Virus record (IMG/VR): IMGVR_UViG_3300034158_000023
Location: 151,387-215,386 of that record
Length of the DNA stretch: 64,000 nt
Strand: one strand, 5' to 3'
Shown piece after piece: positions 26,781 through 36,811 of this stretch. How positions within the stretch are numbered: position 1 is the stretch's first letter; each line of letters begins with the position of its first letter. The position numbers were made by a program, and so were the translations under genes. Below the pieces are notes generated by a model. That model was not told where the DNA came from. It did no database searches and saw nothing but the letters and a program-made list of their open reading frames with translations.

Positions 26781-27084
26781 GTTGCCACCACTCCCTAAGC
26801 AGATCTATGATCGATCTACAAAGATGTGTATGGTAACTGTAAACGACGTTACATTCCCTTTCTCTGTCACACTACCACTAGAGAAAGATTATCTAAATCC
26901 AGAACTTGAAGCAATGCCTAAAGTTGATCTGTGGAACTTCCAATCTAAACTTAGAGAACTCAAAATACTTGCTGATGATGAATTTCTCTGCACCGTGCAA
27001 ACTGGCCTTAAGTTTAAGGAAAGGCACAAGGGTGCTAACGTTAGACCGGATGAAGCAGCTGCCATTAAATACGAATGGAACTAA
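26770..27084 (+). CDS. Hypothetical protein; track start 26680, likely start MYIELPP at 26770
   Basis: Open frame ending just before the bidirectional terminator; start uncertain. Confidence 0.5.
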   Translation: MYIELPPLPKQIYDRSTKMCMVTVNDVTFPFSVTLPLEKDYLNPELEAMPKVDLWNFQSKLRELKILADDEFLCTVQTGLKFKERHKGANVRPDEAAAIKYEWN

Positions 27085-27085
27085 A

Positions 27086-27136
27086 CGGCATAAAGAGAGA
27101 GCTTAGTGCTCTCTCTTATTTTTTTGTTTTATGCCG
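27086..27136. terminator. Bidirectional terminator; near-copy of 4792-4840
   Basis: CGGCATAAAGAGAGAGC-TTAGT-GCTCTCTCTTA-T-run-GTTTTATGCCG. Confidence 0.8.
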
Positions 27137-28676
27137 CCATATCAAACCAGCTGTCATCACGATCGTCGTTTACGCTACGACCACCTGGCTTCTTAAGGGA
27201 TAGATCTTCTCCTTTAAGATCATCTCGACAGCCCCCTGCATCAAAGAACGGCAGAACACAATAGAGATCTTTCTCTGGTGTCTGTGGCCCACTCTTACGA
27301 TGCTTACCACGCTGTAGTGTAAGGTAACTTCGCCCATTAACTTTAACGATGTGGATAAGTATCTCAATGTCAACTTCTTGGTCGATCGTCTTACAGCTAT
27401 CGTAATACCCTTTGTTGACGATTTCTTTTACAAAGTCGTCAGTACCATTACGCAACAGATATTTCGCCTCTGTTGAAATCTGATGCGGTGTAATGAAGGC
27501 TATCTTACGTGGGTTAGTAAAGTTACGTACACGACGGAACAAATCACGAGTATCTGAACCAGTTGGGCCTTGAGTACAACCTACCTTACTAAACATGTTC
27601 AGGTAGTCAACTGTGAGTAGATGGATTTCATAACCTTCTGACTCATAGAACATAATCAAGTTAAACAGTTTCTGATAGGTGAACTCAGACGGGTTAACAC
27701 GCAACATCTTAAACGCGTAACCATTGATACTAGTTTCTTCGTAAATGTACTTAGCGGCCTCCTCAGGAGTAACTGCGGTACAATCTGCCACCTCTCCTGT
27801 TCGGTTTTCTTTTAGGCTAGAATACGTTAACAGAATGTTATCTGTTAGTTGGTTCTCTGACGAGATGTGTAAGATAAGTGGTTTCTTATCTGGGTCTAAC
27901 ATATACGGTTTATTGTAAAGAGCTACCTGCTTAGTTAAGTTCAGAGTAAAACCAGTTTTATAGTTATGTTGTAGTGCACCAACAACCATAAAGTCACCAC
28001 GACGAATACCAGCATGTGATCCCAACATACGGTTCACAGCTTGATACCCAAACTGGAGCATACCTTCTAAACTCGTTTCATCTTGTGCTTCTTTAAAGAG
28101 GCCAGCTATTTCTTCCACATTAGAAAAGTCAACCTCGCCTAATACACCAGCCATACCCTTAGCACCTTGGGCATTACTTTCAACAGTGTACTTCTCAAGA
28201 TTACTTTGCATCTCAGTAGCAAAGTTGGTTACATCGATTTGTTCTGTGGTGTATAAAGCACGTTGTACGCATGATCTAATGTAGGCTTGGAAATCTCGCT
28301 GTTTAATAAAGTTCTGTATGAGCTTTGAGTACTCAAGGATCTTTTTCTTAGTTAGTTCAGGAGAGATTTCATCACCAAGTGCATCTGTAATTGCTGTATA
28401 GATATGAGTATCACTCATGCAGTTGATTTTAATTCTTTGCAATAGTGCTTGTTTATCTAATGGTTCCCCTTTGTCTAAGTCGCACATATGCAATACTGTA
28501 TGACGTAGGCCGTACAGTATTTCCTTATTGTCATCTGTCTCTAAAGTAGCCGCAGGCATTTCCATGGCCTCGACGATTTCTTTTATATGAGCTGAGCTAT
28601 CGCCTGATTTACCTAGGGCCATGTTCTCCCAATATAGTAAAGTGATGGCATGCACTAATAATAATCTCGGTTCCAT
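27129..28676 (-). CDS. dnaB: DnaB-like replicative helicase (phiKZ gp118-like)
   Basis: GIRRGDFMVVGALQHNYKTGF (Walker A variant), ISSEN, LLTVDYL (Walker B), TPHQIS, QRGKHR motifs. Confidence 0.9.
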   Translation of the reverse strand: MEPRLLLVHAITLLYWENMALGKSGDSSAHIKEIVEAMEMPAATLETDDNKEILYGLRHTVLHMCDLDKGEPLDKQALLQRIKINCMSDTHIYTAITDALGDEISPELTKKKILEYSKLIQNFIKQRDFQAYIRSCVQRALYTTEQIDVTNFATEMQSNLEKYTVESNAQGAKGMAGVLGEVDFSNVEEIAGLFKEAQDETSLEGMLQFGYQAVNRMLGSHAGIRRGDFMVVGALQHNYKTGFTLNLTKQVALYNKPYMLDPDKKPLILHISSENQLTDNILLTYSSLKENRTGEVADCTAVTPEEAAKYIYEETSINGYAFKMLRVNPSEFTYQKLFNLIMFYESEGYEIHLLTVDYLNMFSKVGCTQGPTGSDTRDLFRRVRNFTNPRKIAFITPHQISTEAKYLLRNGTDDFVKEIVNKGYYDSCKTIDQEVDIEILIHIVKVNGRSYLTLQRGKHRKSGPQTPEKDLYCVLPFFDAGGCRDDLKGEDLSLKKPGGRSVNDDRDDSWFDMAA

Positions 28677-28708
28677 ATATTTTTTTACCTAATTAAAAGG
28701 GAGTCATC

Positions 28709-29230
28709 ATGATCAATAAGAGTCATTACGTGACTATTGTACCCAAATGGTTAGCTGACCAGTTAGCGTTAGTTGGTGAAGATTTGAAGATAGTTGAAGA
28801 CTTTCAAAAACTATCCGCTATAATATCAGCAAGTGAAATAAGTTATTACTTTTTATCTATTCAAAAGCTCCGTGAATACCTTCCTGATGCGTTTGATGAT
28901 ATGCGATTGTTATCAGAAAAAAGTAATAATTTGCAATGGGTGTCTGAAAACGGTGATGTTATAGCTAAGGCAAAGTTAGAATTCGATAAAGCTTTTTATA
29001 AGGCCAAAGGAAATTTAACTAAAGATGATGTAGATCTTATAGTGAGACGCACGTCTTATAAACCTAAAGCTATTGCTGATGATACTCTAGCATTAGTTGG
29101 ATTTGATTGCGAAACCGAATACCCCTATTCGAAGTTCTTACGTGATTGTTGCGCTGAATTAAATAAACAAATATTATTTGACCAGTATAGCAACATGGAA
29201 GTGTTTCGACAATACACAAGACATGCTTAA
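28709..29230 (+). CDS. Conserved hypothetical protein upstream of the major capsid gene
   Basis: 173-aa ORF, GGGAG SD. Confidence 0.65.
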   Translation: MINKSHYVTIVPKWLADQLALVGEDLKIVEDFQKLSAIISASEISYYFLSIQKLREYLPDAFDDMRLLSEKSNNLQWVSENGDVIAKAKLEFDKAFYKAKGNLTKDDVDLIVRRTSYKPKAIADDTLALVGFDCETEYPYSKFLRDCCAELNKQILFDQYSNMEVFRQYTRHA

Positions 29231-29274
29231 TAATAGTGTGTAATTTAATTCTGACGACTCCATCGGTCGTATAG

Positions 29275-29300
29275 TATGCAGTAGTGGCCTCGGCCGTTAT
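29275..29300 (+). promoter_or_regulatory. Candidate late promoter (TATG) with 5' leader hairpin for the capsid gene
   Basis: TATG at 29275-29278 (phiKZ late consensus TATG) followed by GTAGTGGC-CTCG-GCCGTTAT stem-loop; a 4-nt motif alone is weak evidence. Confidence 0.35.
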
Positions 29301-29335
29301 TATATTCCTTAAGATTAACCTTCCAGAGGTACGTT

Positions 29336-31501
29336 ATGTCCCATTTTACACGAGTAGATCAAAGTTCAGGTCTTGGTGCTCTGTACGCAACCATTAATGC
29401 AACTCTTTCTAAACAAGCTGCGGTTGTTGCAAACGACGTTACTGCTAGAGCTGTAGCTGGTTTAGAGTCTGCTGCTATTGGCGCTCACCGCGACACTCAC
29501 AAAAACATTGAGAACATGCTGTCACAGTGTGTTACTAGCGTTCCAAGCGTCGCTGCCCCAACTTGCCACGGCTTAGAAGCTGCTGCAATCCTTGTAGCTG
29601 CATCAAGCAATCCATCTGTTTATCACGACGCCGTACGTGGTGCACAAAACATCCACGCTAAACTGCGTGAGTTCGGTCCTTTAGGTAGCGGTAACGCAGG
29701 TGCTTTAAGCTACTCTACTGGTACTGAGTCATTTGATACTCAAGAACTAGCCAAGCACACTGTACAGTCAATCACTTACACGATTGATGCCGTTCGTCAA
29801 GATGCATTAGGTGAATTGTTCTTCCCAACAATCGTAGCAACTCCAGACCAAGCTTTCTATAAAGCTTCTGTAGTTCGTCCTACGATCTTCCGCGGTATTA
29901 CTCACAGTCGTGATGGTAATCCGACCAAGTGGGAAAAGTACAACCTGTTAGACGCGTATCGTGATGCTTCTTTACTGAAGAACGATTCAACTCGTCTGAT
30001 TCCATATGCTTCATCTGAAGCAGTTGACAACTTAGCGCCTGTTTCTGAAATCGCTACAGTTAACGTTAAAGTCGGCGACTGGACTGTTCCATCACGTCCT
30101 CTGAAAATGGGTAAGAAGATTAACCTTATCGGTATCTCCATGCACCCAGATTTAGTAGCTAACGGTGTTTGTGATCAAACTGACCACATTGACCGCGCTG
30201 CACGTGTTGAAGCGTTGTATGTTAAAGTTACCAAAACTGGTAACGCTGCGCCAGCTGAGATCATCAAGTTCAACGTTTTAGGCATGCCATCAAGCAACTT
30301 CTACAAGACGCAAGAAGGTAAAGGCTACGACGCAATGCTCAAGATGACTCTGCGTTCATTGCGCCTTGACAAAAACACCAAGTCTATCTCTGGTGCAGTT
30401 CCAGCTATGTTAGCTGATTTCGTAGCAGCCAACTTAGCAGTTGACTTAGAAACTGTTGTTGACGGTGAATTGAACTTCGAACAAGGTACTGCAAACGTTC
30501 GCGGTAGCCACCTGACTCCACGTGCAATTTACGACGTGTCTTCTGATCTGGCTACTCAGTTAACTACGCATGCTTCTTTGGAAAATTTAGTATTCGAACC
30601 AGTTTACTGGGACATCGATGCTCACCTGACTAACACCAACCGTCGTACTCGCGGTACCATGTTAGACAATGACGTCTTCGAAGAAATTTACACCATCGGT
30701 TTGTTAGCTCCTATCAGCGTACAGAAGCCAGTGCACCTTACTGACAAATCTGCTGTCACTGAAGTTGAAACAGATACTCTGGTTAAAGCTACTCACGTGA
30801 TCATCAGTAACAGCGCTGTAACAACTCTGCTGAACTACTGTGAACATTTGAAATCTTTCTACCACAAAAATATCAATCACCTGCGTGCTGCATCTATCGA
30901 CGGTGAAGGTATTGAAGGTATCGGTCGTTTATTGGTAACTCCATTCTACGCCGAAGCTGAAATCGACTTAGTTGAAGTAATCAACTCATTGACTTCAACT
31001 GATAAGATGAGCGACTTACGTGGTTACTTCACTGGTTTCATCACTGAACTCGGTTACCGTATGGCTCAACGTTCTGGTTACTTGCCTGTGTTACGTCAGT
31101 ACACTAACAACCCAGAAGCTACGCCTACACTACTGATCGGTACTGACCAAGTGTTGCCACAGTTCATGATGATCAATGGCGATCCACGTGCTGTCGGTCC
31201 TACTCTGAAGCATGAGATCGCATCAAGCCCAGATGACCGTATGGTTGGTGAAATCATCCTTAGCTTCGGCAAGGTAGATGACAAGAACTTCTGTCCTCTG
31301 AACTCTGGTAACATGATCTGGATTCCAGAGTGGATTTCTACAATCCCAGTAAACCGCGGTGGCGCTACTGTGAATGAAACTTGCGTACAACCACGTTTCC
31401 GTCACGTGATCAACTTACCAATCTTCGCACGTATCAAAGTTACTAACCTTGATAAGTACTTAGGTACTAAGATGAACATCGCTTACAAAGAAGTCGTTTA
31501 A
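29336..31501 (+). CDS. Major capsid protein (phiKZ gp120-like)
   Basis: 721 aa, N-terminal propeptide with GLE/GTE|SF sites, RQDALGELFFPTIV and NTNRRTRG motifs, strong codon bias, adjacent to DnaB as in phiKZ. Confidence 0.9.
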   Translation: MSHFTRVDQSSGLGALYATINATLSKQAAVVANDVTARAVAGLESAAIGAHRDTHKNIENMLSQCVTSVPSVAAPTCHGLEAAAILVAASSNPSVYHDAVRGAQNIHAKLREFGPLGSGNAGALSYSTGTESFDTQELAKHTVQSITYTIDAVRQDALGELFFPTIVATPDQAFYKASVVRPTIFRGITHSRDGNPTKWEKYNLLDAYRDASLLKNDSTRLIPYASSEAVDNLAPVSEIATVNVKVGDWTVPSRPLKMGKKINLIGISMHPDLVANGVCDQTDHIDRAARVEALYVKVTKTGNAAPAEIIKFNVLGMPSSNFYKTQEGKGYDAMLKMTLRSLRLDKNTKSISGAVPAMLADFVAANLAVDLETVVDGELNFEQGTANVRGSHLTPRAIYDVSSDLATQLTTHASLENLVFEPVYWDIDAHLTNTNRRTRGTMLDNDVFEEIYTIGLLAPISVQKPVHLTDKSAVTEVETDTLVKATHVIISNSAVTTLLNYCEHLKSFYHKNINHLRAASIDGEGIEGIGRLLVTPFYAEAEIDLVEVINSLTSTDKMSDLRGYFTGFITELGYRMAQRSGYLPVLRQYTNNPEATPTLLIGTDQVLPQFMMINGDPRAVGPTLKHEIASSPDDRMVGEIILSFGKVDDKNFCPLNSGNMIWIPEWISTIPVNRGGATVNETCVQPRFRHVINLPIFARIKVTNLDKYLGTKMNIAYKEVV

Positions 31502-31520
31502 CGATTACTTAGTATGACTT

Positions 31521-31550
31521 AAAAGAGAGGGGCTTCGGCTCCTCTCTTTT
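31521..31550 (+). terminator. Intrinsic terminator
   Basis: AAAAGAGAGGGGC-TTCG-GCTCCTCTCTTTT. Confidence 0.8.
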
Positions 31551-31552
31551 GT

Positions 31553-31580
31553 CCCGAACTTATCGTAGACATATATTATC
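31553..31580 (+). promoter_or_regulatory. Putative early promoter for the nvRNAP-containing operon
   Basis: CCCGAACT-N11-TATATTATC. Confidence 0.55.
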
Positions 31581-31631
31581 CTACTGCACAACAATCAAAA
31601 ATGGAATTATAATAAGCAGGATGGTCTAAGC

Positions 31632-32630
31632 ATGACAGACACATCAACTCCGATTACTATTCAGCCACCTAAATTAAACAAGGAGATAGCTCTACCTGAA
31701 GTGCCTGGATTCCAGATGAACATTTCAATATGGAATCTTACCAGTATTTCCATCTATGTTAAAGATGCGAATAACAGTGTTTATGAAATATTGTCCCAAC
31801 AAGAGCCCGGAGGTCTCTTAGCGGTATACTACAATGTAAGAACTAAAGTTTCTGTTAAAAAATATCGGATACAACCATTGTGTAGGGAATGGGGTAACCG
31901 AGTACTTCTGGAAAGTGAGTTTAGTAATGATGATAGGGCATTTTATATCCCAGAGTTAAATTTAGTAATGGGAACTAAAGAAAGTGTGGAGCGTACTCCA
32001 CACCCGTTATGCTGTATCAACCACTCTACAAGACATAAAGTTTTGAGTGACACAGTTGTTTGTGAGTACACGTTGGTAGATAATGATGGAGTGCTCCCAC
32101 AAATCTGGTTGATGGATTGTGGCGAGATACGTACATTAACAGCTATCAAAGATGAGACCAGACTTCCTGGTATCTATGTATCCAGTAACAACATCGTTAC
32201 AGAGGGTGAGTTATTAAATAAAGCAAGCAGAGTGTTCCACCCCATGAACCAAGTTTTAGAAGCCATGACTGAAAGGAAATCTAGCGGATTGTTAGCTTAT
32301 GTATTCCCGAATAGGTTAGATGCAATGACACACGGAGAGCCACATAAAGTGGCGGAACGTATGCACGCAGAACAGATGGCTACCTTAAAACGAGACAAAG
32401 AACTACAAGCACTAGAGTTAGATGACCTTAAACGGAACCATGAACTCAAGCTGATAGAGTTAGATCAAAAGCAGAAAGAGGTAGAGCACATAAGTAAACT
32501 CCAAAGTCTCCACACTAAGGATTATTATGATGCTAAATCTTACGTACGTAAAGATTCCATCGAATGGTGGAAGATTGTGCCTGCGGCAATCTCTTCAGTA
32601 GTTCTAGTAGCAACGGTTTTTAAAGCATGA
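31632..32630 (+). CDS. Conserved protein with C-terminal coiled coil and terminal hydrophobic anchor (phiKZ gp122-like position)
   Basis: Coiled coil (KRDKELQALE...KQKEVE), KDYYDAKSYVRKDS motif, terminal WWKIVPAAISSVVLVATVFKA. Confidence 0.65.
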   Translation: MTDTSTPITIQPPKLNKEIALPEVPGFQMNISIWNLTSISIYVKDANNSVYEILSQQEPGGLLAVYYNVRTKVSVKKYRIQPLCREWGNRVLLESEFSNDDRAFYIPELNLVMGTKESVERTPHPLCCINHSTRHKVLSDTVVCEYTLVDNDGVLPQIWLMDCGEIRTLTAIKDETRLPGIYVSSNNIVTEGELLNKASRVFHPMNQVLEAMTERKSSGLLAYVFPNRLDAMTHGEPHKVAERMHAEQMATLKRDKELQALELDDLKRNHELKLIELDQKQKEVEHISKLQSLHTKDYYDAKSYVRKDSIEWWKIVPAAISSVVLVATVFKA

Positions 32631-32637
32631 GGGTAAA

Positions 32638-34248
32638 ATGAGCGATCATTTGTTTGAAGCGGCTAAAAGGAACATACCTAACATTAACAAACGTTTTATC
32701 GAGGGGGTGCCAGTACAGGAATTAGCTCATGCAAAAGAACACATAGATCGATACTTCAAGATTGCTTCTCAGAACTTTCCACCAGGTGTAGAGTATTTGC
32801 GAGTAGAACGTTGTACTCCACAAGAAGCGCATGAAGCCTTAACGGGGAAAAAGCGGGGCTCTCAAAAGCCTACGGCCAATAGACCTAACTACGATTTAGC
32901 TAGAACAGATATGTTCATGTTAAAAGTATTTCTACGGTTTAATGGTGAAGACATCCCTCCTAAGTTTTTAGGTGTGCCGTTTGCAGAGCAAGCAGGTACT
33001 ATCCATTTACGTGGGCCTTTAAACACCATCTCACCAGTGTTGGCAGATCCTATCTTATCTGTATCCAAGGACAGTATCTTTATTCCTTTCCTACGAGATA
33101 GAGTCACGTTTTATCGCCACACTTACTACTACCGTAAAAATGGACTTACGGTTAATAAGTACATAGTCTGGTCTCCAATTCACAGCTATGCACCTAAAGC
33201 TACCGCTACAAACAGTATAAAAACAACAGTACCGCACTACCTATTTTGTAAACTCGGTCTACATGAGGCGTTTCGCCTTTATGCTGGCGCAGAGATTGCT
33301 GTAGGGTATGATGAGATAAATACTGATACCTACCCAGCTTCACAGGGATGGGATATCTATGAATCCAATGGACAACCTTTGAAAAGGAGATCTGTAGCTA
33401 CGGCAAAATCGTTAGTACGTTTAGCGATGCGTAGCGAAGTGAGTAACAACTTAACACAAAGTATGTTGGCAGCATTTTTCTATTTAGTAGATGCGTTCCC
33501 AGAACGAGTACTACCTAAATACTGTCACGACCCAGCGTTATGGAAAGTTCTTATGGGGTTATTGTTAGAGTATTCTGATAGGAATGAGGGACGATTGATT
33601 TCTGATATCGAAACTCATTTAGCTTCACTTGACCAATACGTAGACACAATAGTAAAAGACGACTTATCGAAAGTTAATATATTCGTTAATGACATCTATG
33701 AGTTATTTGTCTATATGACTAAAAACATTTCCGCTCATTTGATTGGAGCCACACCAAACGACCTGTTCGAAAAGAAACTGATGGTAAACCGATATGTTCT
33801 CCTAGATTACATTAAGGCTATCTTTAACTTCAGTTATAAACTAAACAGTGGTAGTGGGAAACGTGATTTGTCATTAAAGGTTATTAACCAAGCAGCTGGG
33901 AAGTTCTTAAATCCCAACATCATTTACAATTTACCGAAGTCTCATGGTGAAGTGAATATTGTAAGCTCGCCTGGTGACTGCTATTTGTTCAAACATACCT
34001 GTAGATACATTTTACAAGTGGATGCAACATCTCGCAGAGGTAGTGGTAAAAGAAGAGCAGAAGATAGTTCAAGGTCGCTACATGTGTCCTTAGCCTATGT
34101 CGCTAGTGCTCGTAACTTACCTAAACCTGAACCAACTGGTCAAACGCAAGCAAATCCGTGGGTGGAGTTCACTCATGATTTACATATCAGAGCTAACCCT
34201 AAAACTCTGGCGCTAAGAACAGCTACACAGAAATTGATTGCTAGATAA
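32638..34248 (+). CDS. Non-virion RNA polymerase beta subunit, N-terminal part (phiKZ gp123-like)
   Basis: 536 aa; YLRVERCTPQE, ISPVLADP, TTVPHYLF and SLHVS patterns of this family; two genes downstream of the capsid gene as in phiKZ. Confidence 0.8.
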   Translation: MSDHLFEAAKRNIPNINKRFIEGVPVQELAHAKEHIDRYFKIASQNFPPGVEYLRVERCTPQEAHEALTGKKRGSQKPTANRPNYDLARTDMFMLKVFLRFNGEDIPPKFLGVPFAEQAGTIHLRGPLNTISPVLADPILSVSKDSIFIPFLRDRVTFYRHTYYYRKNGLTVNKYIVWSPIHSYAPKATATNSIKTTVPHYLFCKLGLHEAFRLYAGAEIAVGYDEINTDTYPASQGWDIYESNGQPLKRRSVATAKSLVRLAMRSEVSNNLTQSMLAAFFYLVDAFPERVLPKYCHDPALWKVLMGLLLEYSDRNEGRLISDIETHLASLDQYVDTIVKDDLSKVNIFVNDIYELFVYMTKNISAHLIGATPNDLFEKKLMVNRYVLLDYIKAIFNFSYKLNSGSGKRDLSLKVINQAAGKFLNPNIIYNLPKSHGEVNIVSSPGDCYLFKHTCRYILQVDATSRRGSGKRRAEDSSRSLHVSLAYVASARNLPKPEPTGQTQANPWVEFTHDLHIRANPKTLALRTATQKLIAR

Positions 34249-34269
34249 ATAATAAAAGGTAAAAGTACG

Positions 34270-36060
34270 ATGAACAACACCGTGAATGAAACACTTTTGA
34301 TGGAAATGATTTGGCGTGAGTTAGAAAGCTTACGTCGGGTTAGAGCCGTTAACGAATATAATTCGTTCTTAGCGTCTCAGCAGTATCGTGGTCCTATGGT
34401 TGATAAGTTGTTTAATAACACCTGTGAGTATTTGTTAGCCATGGCTTCAGTAGAAGGTGTCCCACCTGATGCAGTTATGGAGCAAGCAGTGCGTGACTCT
34501 ATACAAGCGCATGTTGCTCACTTCATTGAAAAACAACCGCAGCTTATTAACACATTTAGCCCTACTGAGATAGCAGGGTTAAAGAACTACGCTATGCGTA
34601 AAGTAATGATGGATGATTTAATCGGTTCTGTTATGGAAATCGAAATCCAAAACGCTCCTGCTCCTGGGGAACGTGACTTGGGTAGTAAACGCCGTCGTCG
34701 CCAACGCGCAGGGTCTTCTGACCAACCAGCTACAACAAACGCCCCAGAAGATAGAAACGATTCTGGTCCCAGACGTCGCAAAGGTAGTAGAACAGAGTTA
34801 GAACGTGCTCCTACTCCACCACCTAAGCGCGCTAGTATCCGGGAATCCATCACCCCCACGGGAGCTAAGCCGATGCCTGCCAAAGCACAACCACAAAAAG
34901 TAGTAGAGGCACCTGTAGAAAACATCATGAAAACGGGCGTTATTATCAAGCGCTTAGAAGGACAAGAAATGGACTACCACAAACACCAGTCAGTAAAGAT
35001 CTTTGATACATCTAAACCTGCGCCAGACCGCCCTAAGAACTTTGAAGCTCAAGTTCGTATGGCTCCTTTGGTGCGTCCGGTGTTAGCTGAAACCTTCGAT
35101 GAACCTGATACGATCGAAGTGTTGGATGCTGGCTCATCGGAAACTGAGTATGAAGCGATCCCGTTACTGAAGAATCAATCTCCAATGATCTTTAGTGTTA
35201 CAGCGGCATGTGTAGCAGCTCGTAGTGAGATCCGTAACTCTGAGTTTAACGTGCCTGGTCGTCAGACTGGTATTGTGGAATTTGAAGTTCTTACTCCAGT
35301 GCAATACTTCGAAGATCCTACCAGTGCTAACATTGCAATGAATGAACATTATCTGTTCCCATTGCTTAACTACAAAGACCAAAACGAATTTGGTATTGTG
35401 GAATGGCATGCGCGTTTAGAACATGCTGTGGAAATGTCTGACTGTGCTATGGCTACTGCACTGTTAACTCAGTTAGACCGTTTAGCTACTGTAGAGTTTA
35501 ACAACTTCCTCAAGTACACCTTAGGGTTACAATCATCGATTGATAGTTTCATTGAAGACTTCCATGACTTCTATGCAGCTGTATCGAAATCTATGACTGT
35601 GCCAGTATTAGATGCATTGTTAGGTGAAGCGGTAGAAGGTGTACGTAACAATGATGTAGCTGGTGCTATGTTAGTGAAACGTATTGCTGATGTCCGTATA
35701 TTACCACAATCGCTTTTATCTTCAGGTGTAACTGATACACAAGGCGTGACGCTATGTATCGTGCAACCAGTTAGTGTAATGACGTTAGGTGCTAACTCTT
35801 CTGAGTTGCAGTTCGCTACAACGTCTAGTGATTACAACAGCATTACTGCTAAGTATGTAAAAGATGAGCCACATGTCATCTCTGGCCTCCTGCGTATGTT
35901 TACTGCTGCATTACTAAGTCGTAAAGAAAGTAGTGTGTACCTATGTACCAACGACAATGACATTTTCCATATCCGTGATATGACGCGTATTGAAGATGGC
36001 ACACCTGTGTTGCATTTAGGTATTAAGTATCTTACTAACCCATTTACTTTGGGTCTGTAA
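34270..36060 (+). CDS. Conserved hypothetical protein with central basic/Pro-rich disordered linker
   Basis: 596 aa; KRRRRQR, RRRKG and PTPPPKR segment; co-operonic with the nvRNAP subunit. Confidence 0.7.
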   Translation: MNNTVNETLLMEMIWRELESLRRVRAVNEYNSFLASQQYRGPMVDKLFNNTCEYLLAMASVEGVPPDAVMEQAVRDSIQAHVAHFIEKQPQLINTFSPTEIAGLKNYAMRKVMMDDLIGSVMEIEIQNAPAPGERDLGSKRRRRQRAGSSDQPATTNAPEDRNDSGPRRRKGSRTELERAPTPPPKRASIRESITPTGAKPMPAKAQPQKVVEAPVENIMKTGVIIKRLEGQEMDYHKHQSVKIFDTSKPAPDRPKNFEAQVRMAPLVRPVLAETFDEPDTIEVLDAGSSETEYEAIPLLKNQSPMIFSVTAACVAARSEIRNSEFNVPGRQTGIVEFEVLTPVQYFEDPTSANIAMNEHYLFPLLNYKDQNEFGIVEWHARLEHAVEMSDCAMATALLTQLDRLATVEFNNFLKYTLGLQSSIDSFIEDFHDFYAAVSKSMTVPVLDALLGEAVEGVRNNDVAGAMLVKRIADVRILPQSLLSSGVTDTQGVTLCIVQPVSVMTLGANSSELQFATTSSDYNSITAKYVKDEPHVISGLLRMFTAALLSRKESSVYLCTNDNDIFHIRDMTRIEDGTPVLHLGIKYLTNPFTLGL

Positions 36061-36074
36061 GGTAGTTAGGAATT

Positions 36075-36098
36075 AGAGGGCTTCGGCCCTCTTTTTTT
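36075..36098 (+). terminator. Intrinsic terminator
   Basis: AGAGGGC-TTCG-GCCCTCT followed by a T run. Confidence 0.85.
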
Positions 36099-36134
36099 GC
36101 TGTATCGTATGGTGCAATTTAAGCAGGATGAGAT

Positions 36135-36710
36135 ATGGCTAAGTTAATACGCAGAACTGTTAGCGTAGAAGCAGAAGATGTTTCTGGAGCAACAGTAAAA
36201 GAAAAAGAACACGTATGGTTATTACGTGGGGTAGACATAGAACAAATTAAAAAGTTAGCCACATCTAGTGAACTTCAAGAACAGTGGAGTTTCATGGGAC
36301 CTAATGCTAACCTACGAGTACGAGCGATAGATAACACTACGTTTATACAAACAGGTAAGTCTTGGGTAGATGGAGTAGACGGCAAAGATGAAACACAGCT
36401 AGAAACTAATCTAGCCATGTTTAAAGTCTTTAAGTCGTTAGCTACGTCAGGTATGGTTAAACGTCGTTACATAGTGCCGTATCGTGGACATACCTTAGAA
36501 GTGGATATCTTCTTTGAAGGTCATGTACCTGATGGTAGACCAGCTGAGTGGTGCAAGGTGGATCTAGAAGTTAAAGATCTTTCTTTACCTGTACCTGATT
36601 TGCCATTTACTGCTGAGGAGATTATCAAGGATATCCCTCACAACCGTCCAGCAGAGTTACAGCAGATAGTTCCGCAGATCTATAGTACTTACTTCAGCGT
36701 TAAGAAATAA
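36135..36710 (+). CDS. CYTH-domain (triphosphate tunnel metalloenzyme) protein
   Basis: EKEHVW (ExExK-like), LRVR, KRRY, LEVDIF and VDLEV motifs in CYTH order. Confidence 0.65.
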   Translation: MAKLIRRTVSVEAEDVSGATVKEKEHVWLLRGVDIEQIKKLATSSELQEQWSFMGPNANLRVRAIDNTTFIQTGKSWVDGVDGKDETQLETNLAMFKVFKSLATSGMVKRRYIVPYRGHTLEVDIFFEGHVPDGRPAEWCKVDLEVKDLSLPVPDLPFTAEEIIKDIPHNRPAELQQIVPQIYSTYFSVKK

Positions 36711-36746
36711 ATGCGTAGGAAGCTCCTAGGAGCTTCCTGTATGCCG
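36711..36746 (+). terminator. Hairpin followed by TATGCC
   Basis: AGGAAGCTC-CTAG-GAGCTTCCT, then GTATGCC; same AGCTCCTAGGAGCT core as 10904-10917. Confidence 0.65.
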
Positions 36747-36747
36747 T

Positions 36748-36775
36748 CTTGAAACAAGACTAGATATATATTACC
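36748..36775 (+). promoter_or_regulatory. Putative early promoter
   Basis: CTTGAAAC-N11-TATATTACC, containing the phiKZ early consensus TATATTAC. Confidence 0.65.
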
Positions 36776-36811
36776 TTTGGGTACACACCTAATTATAAAA
36801 GGATTACTGAA

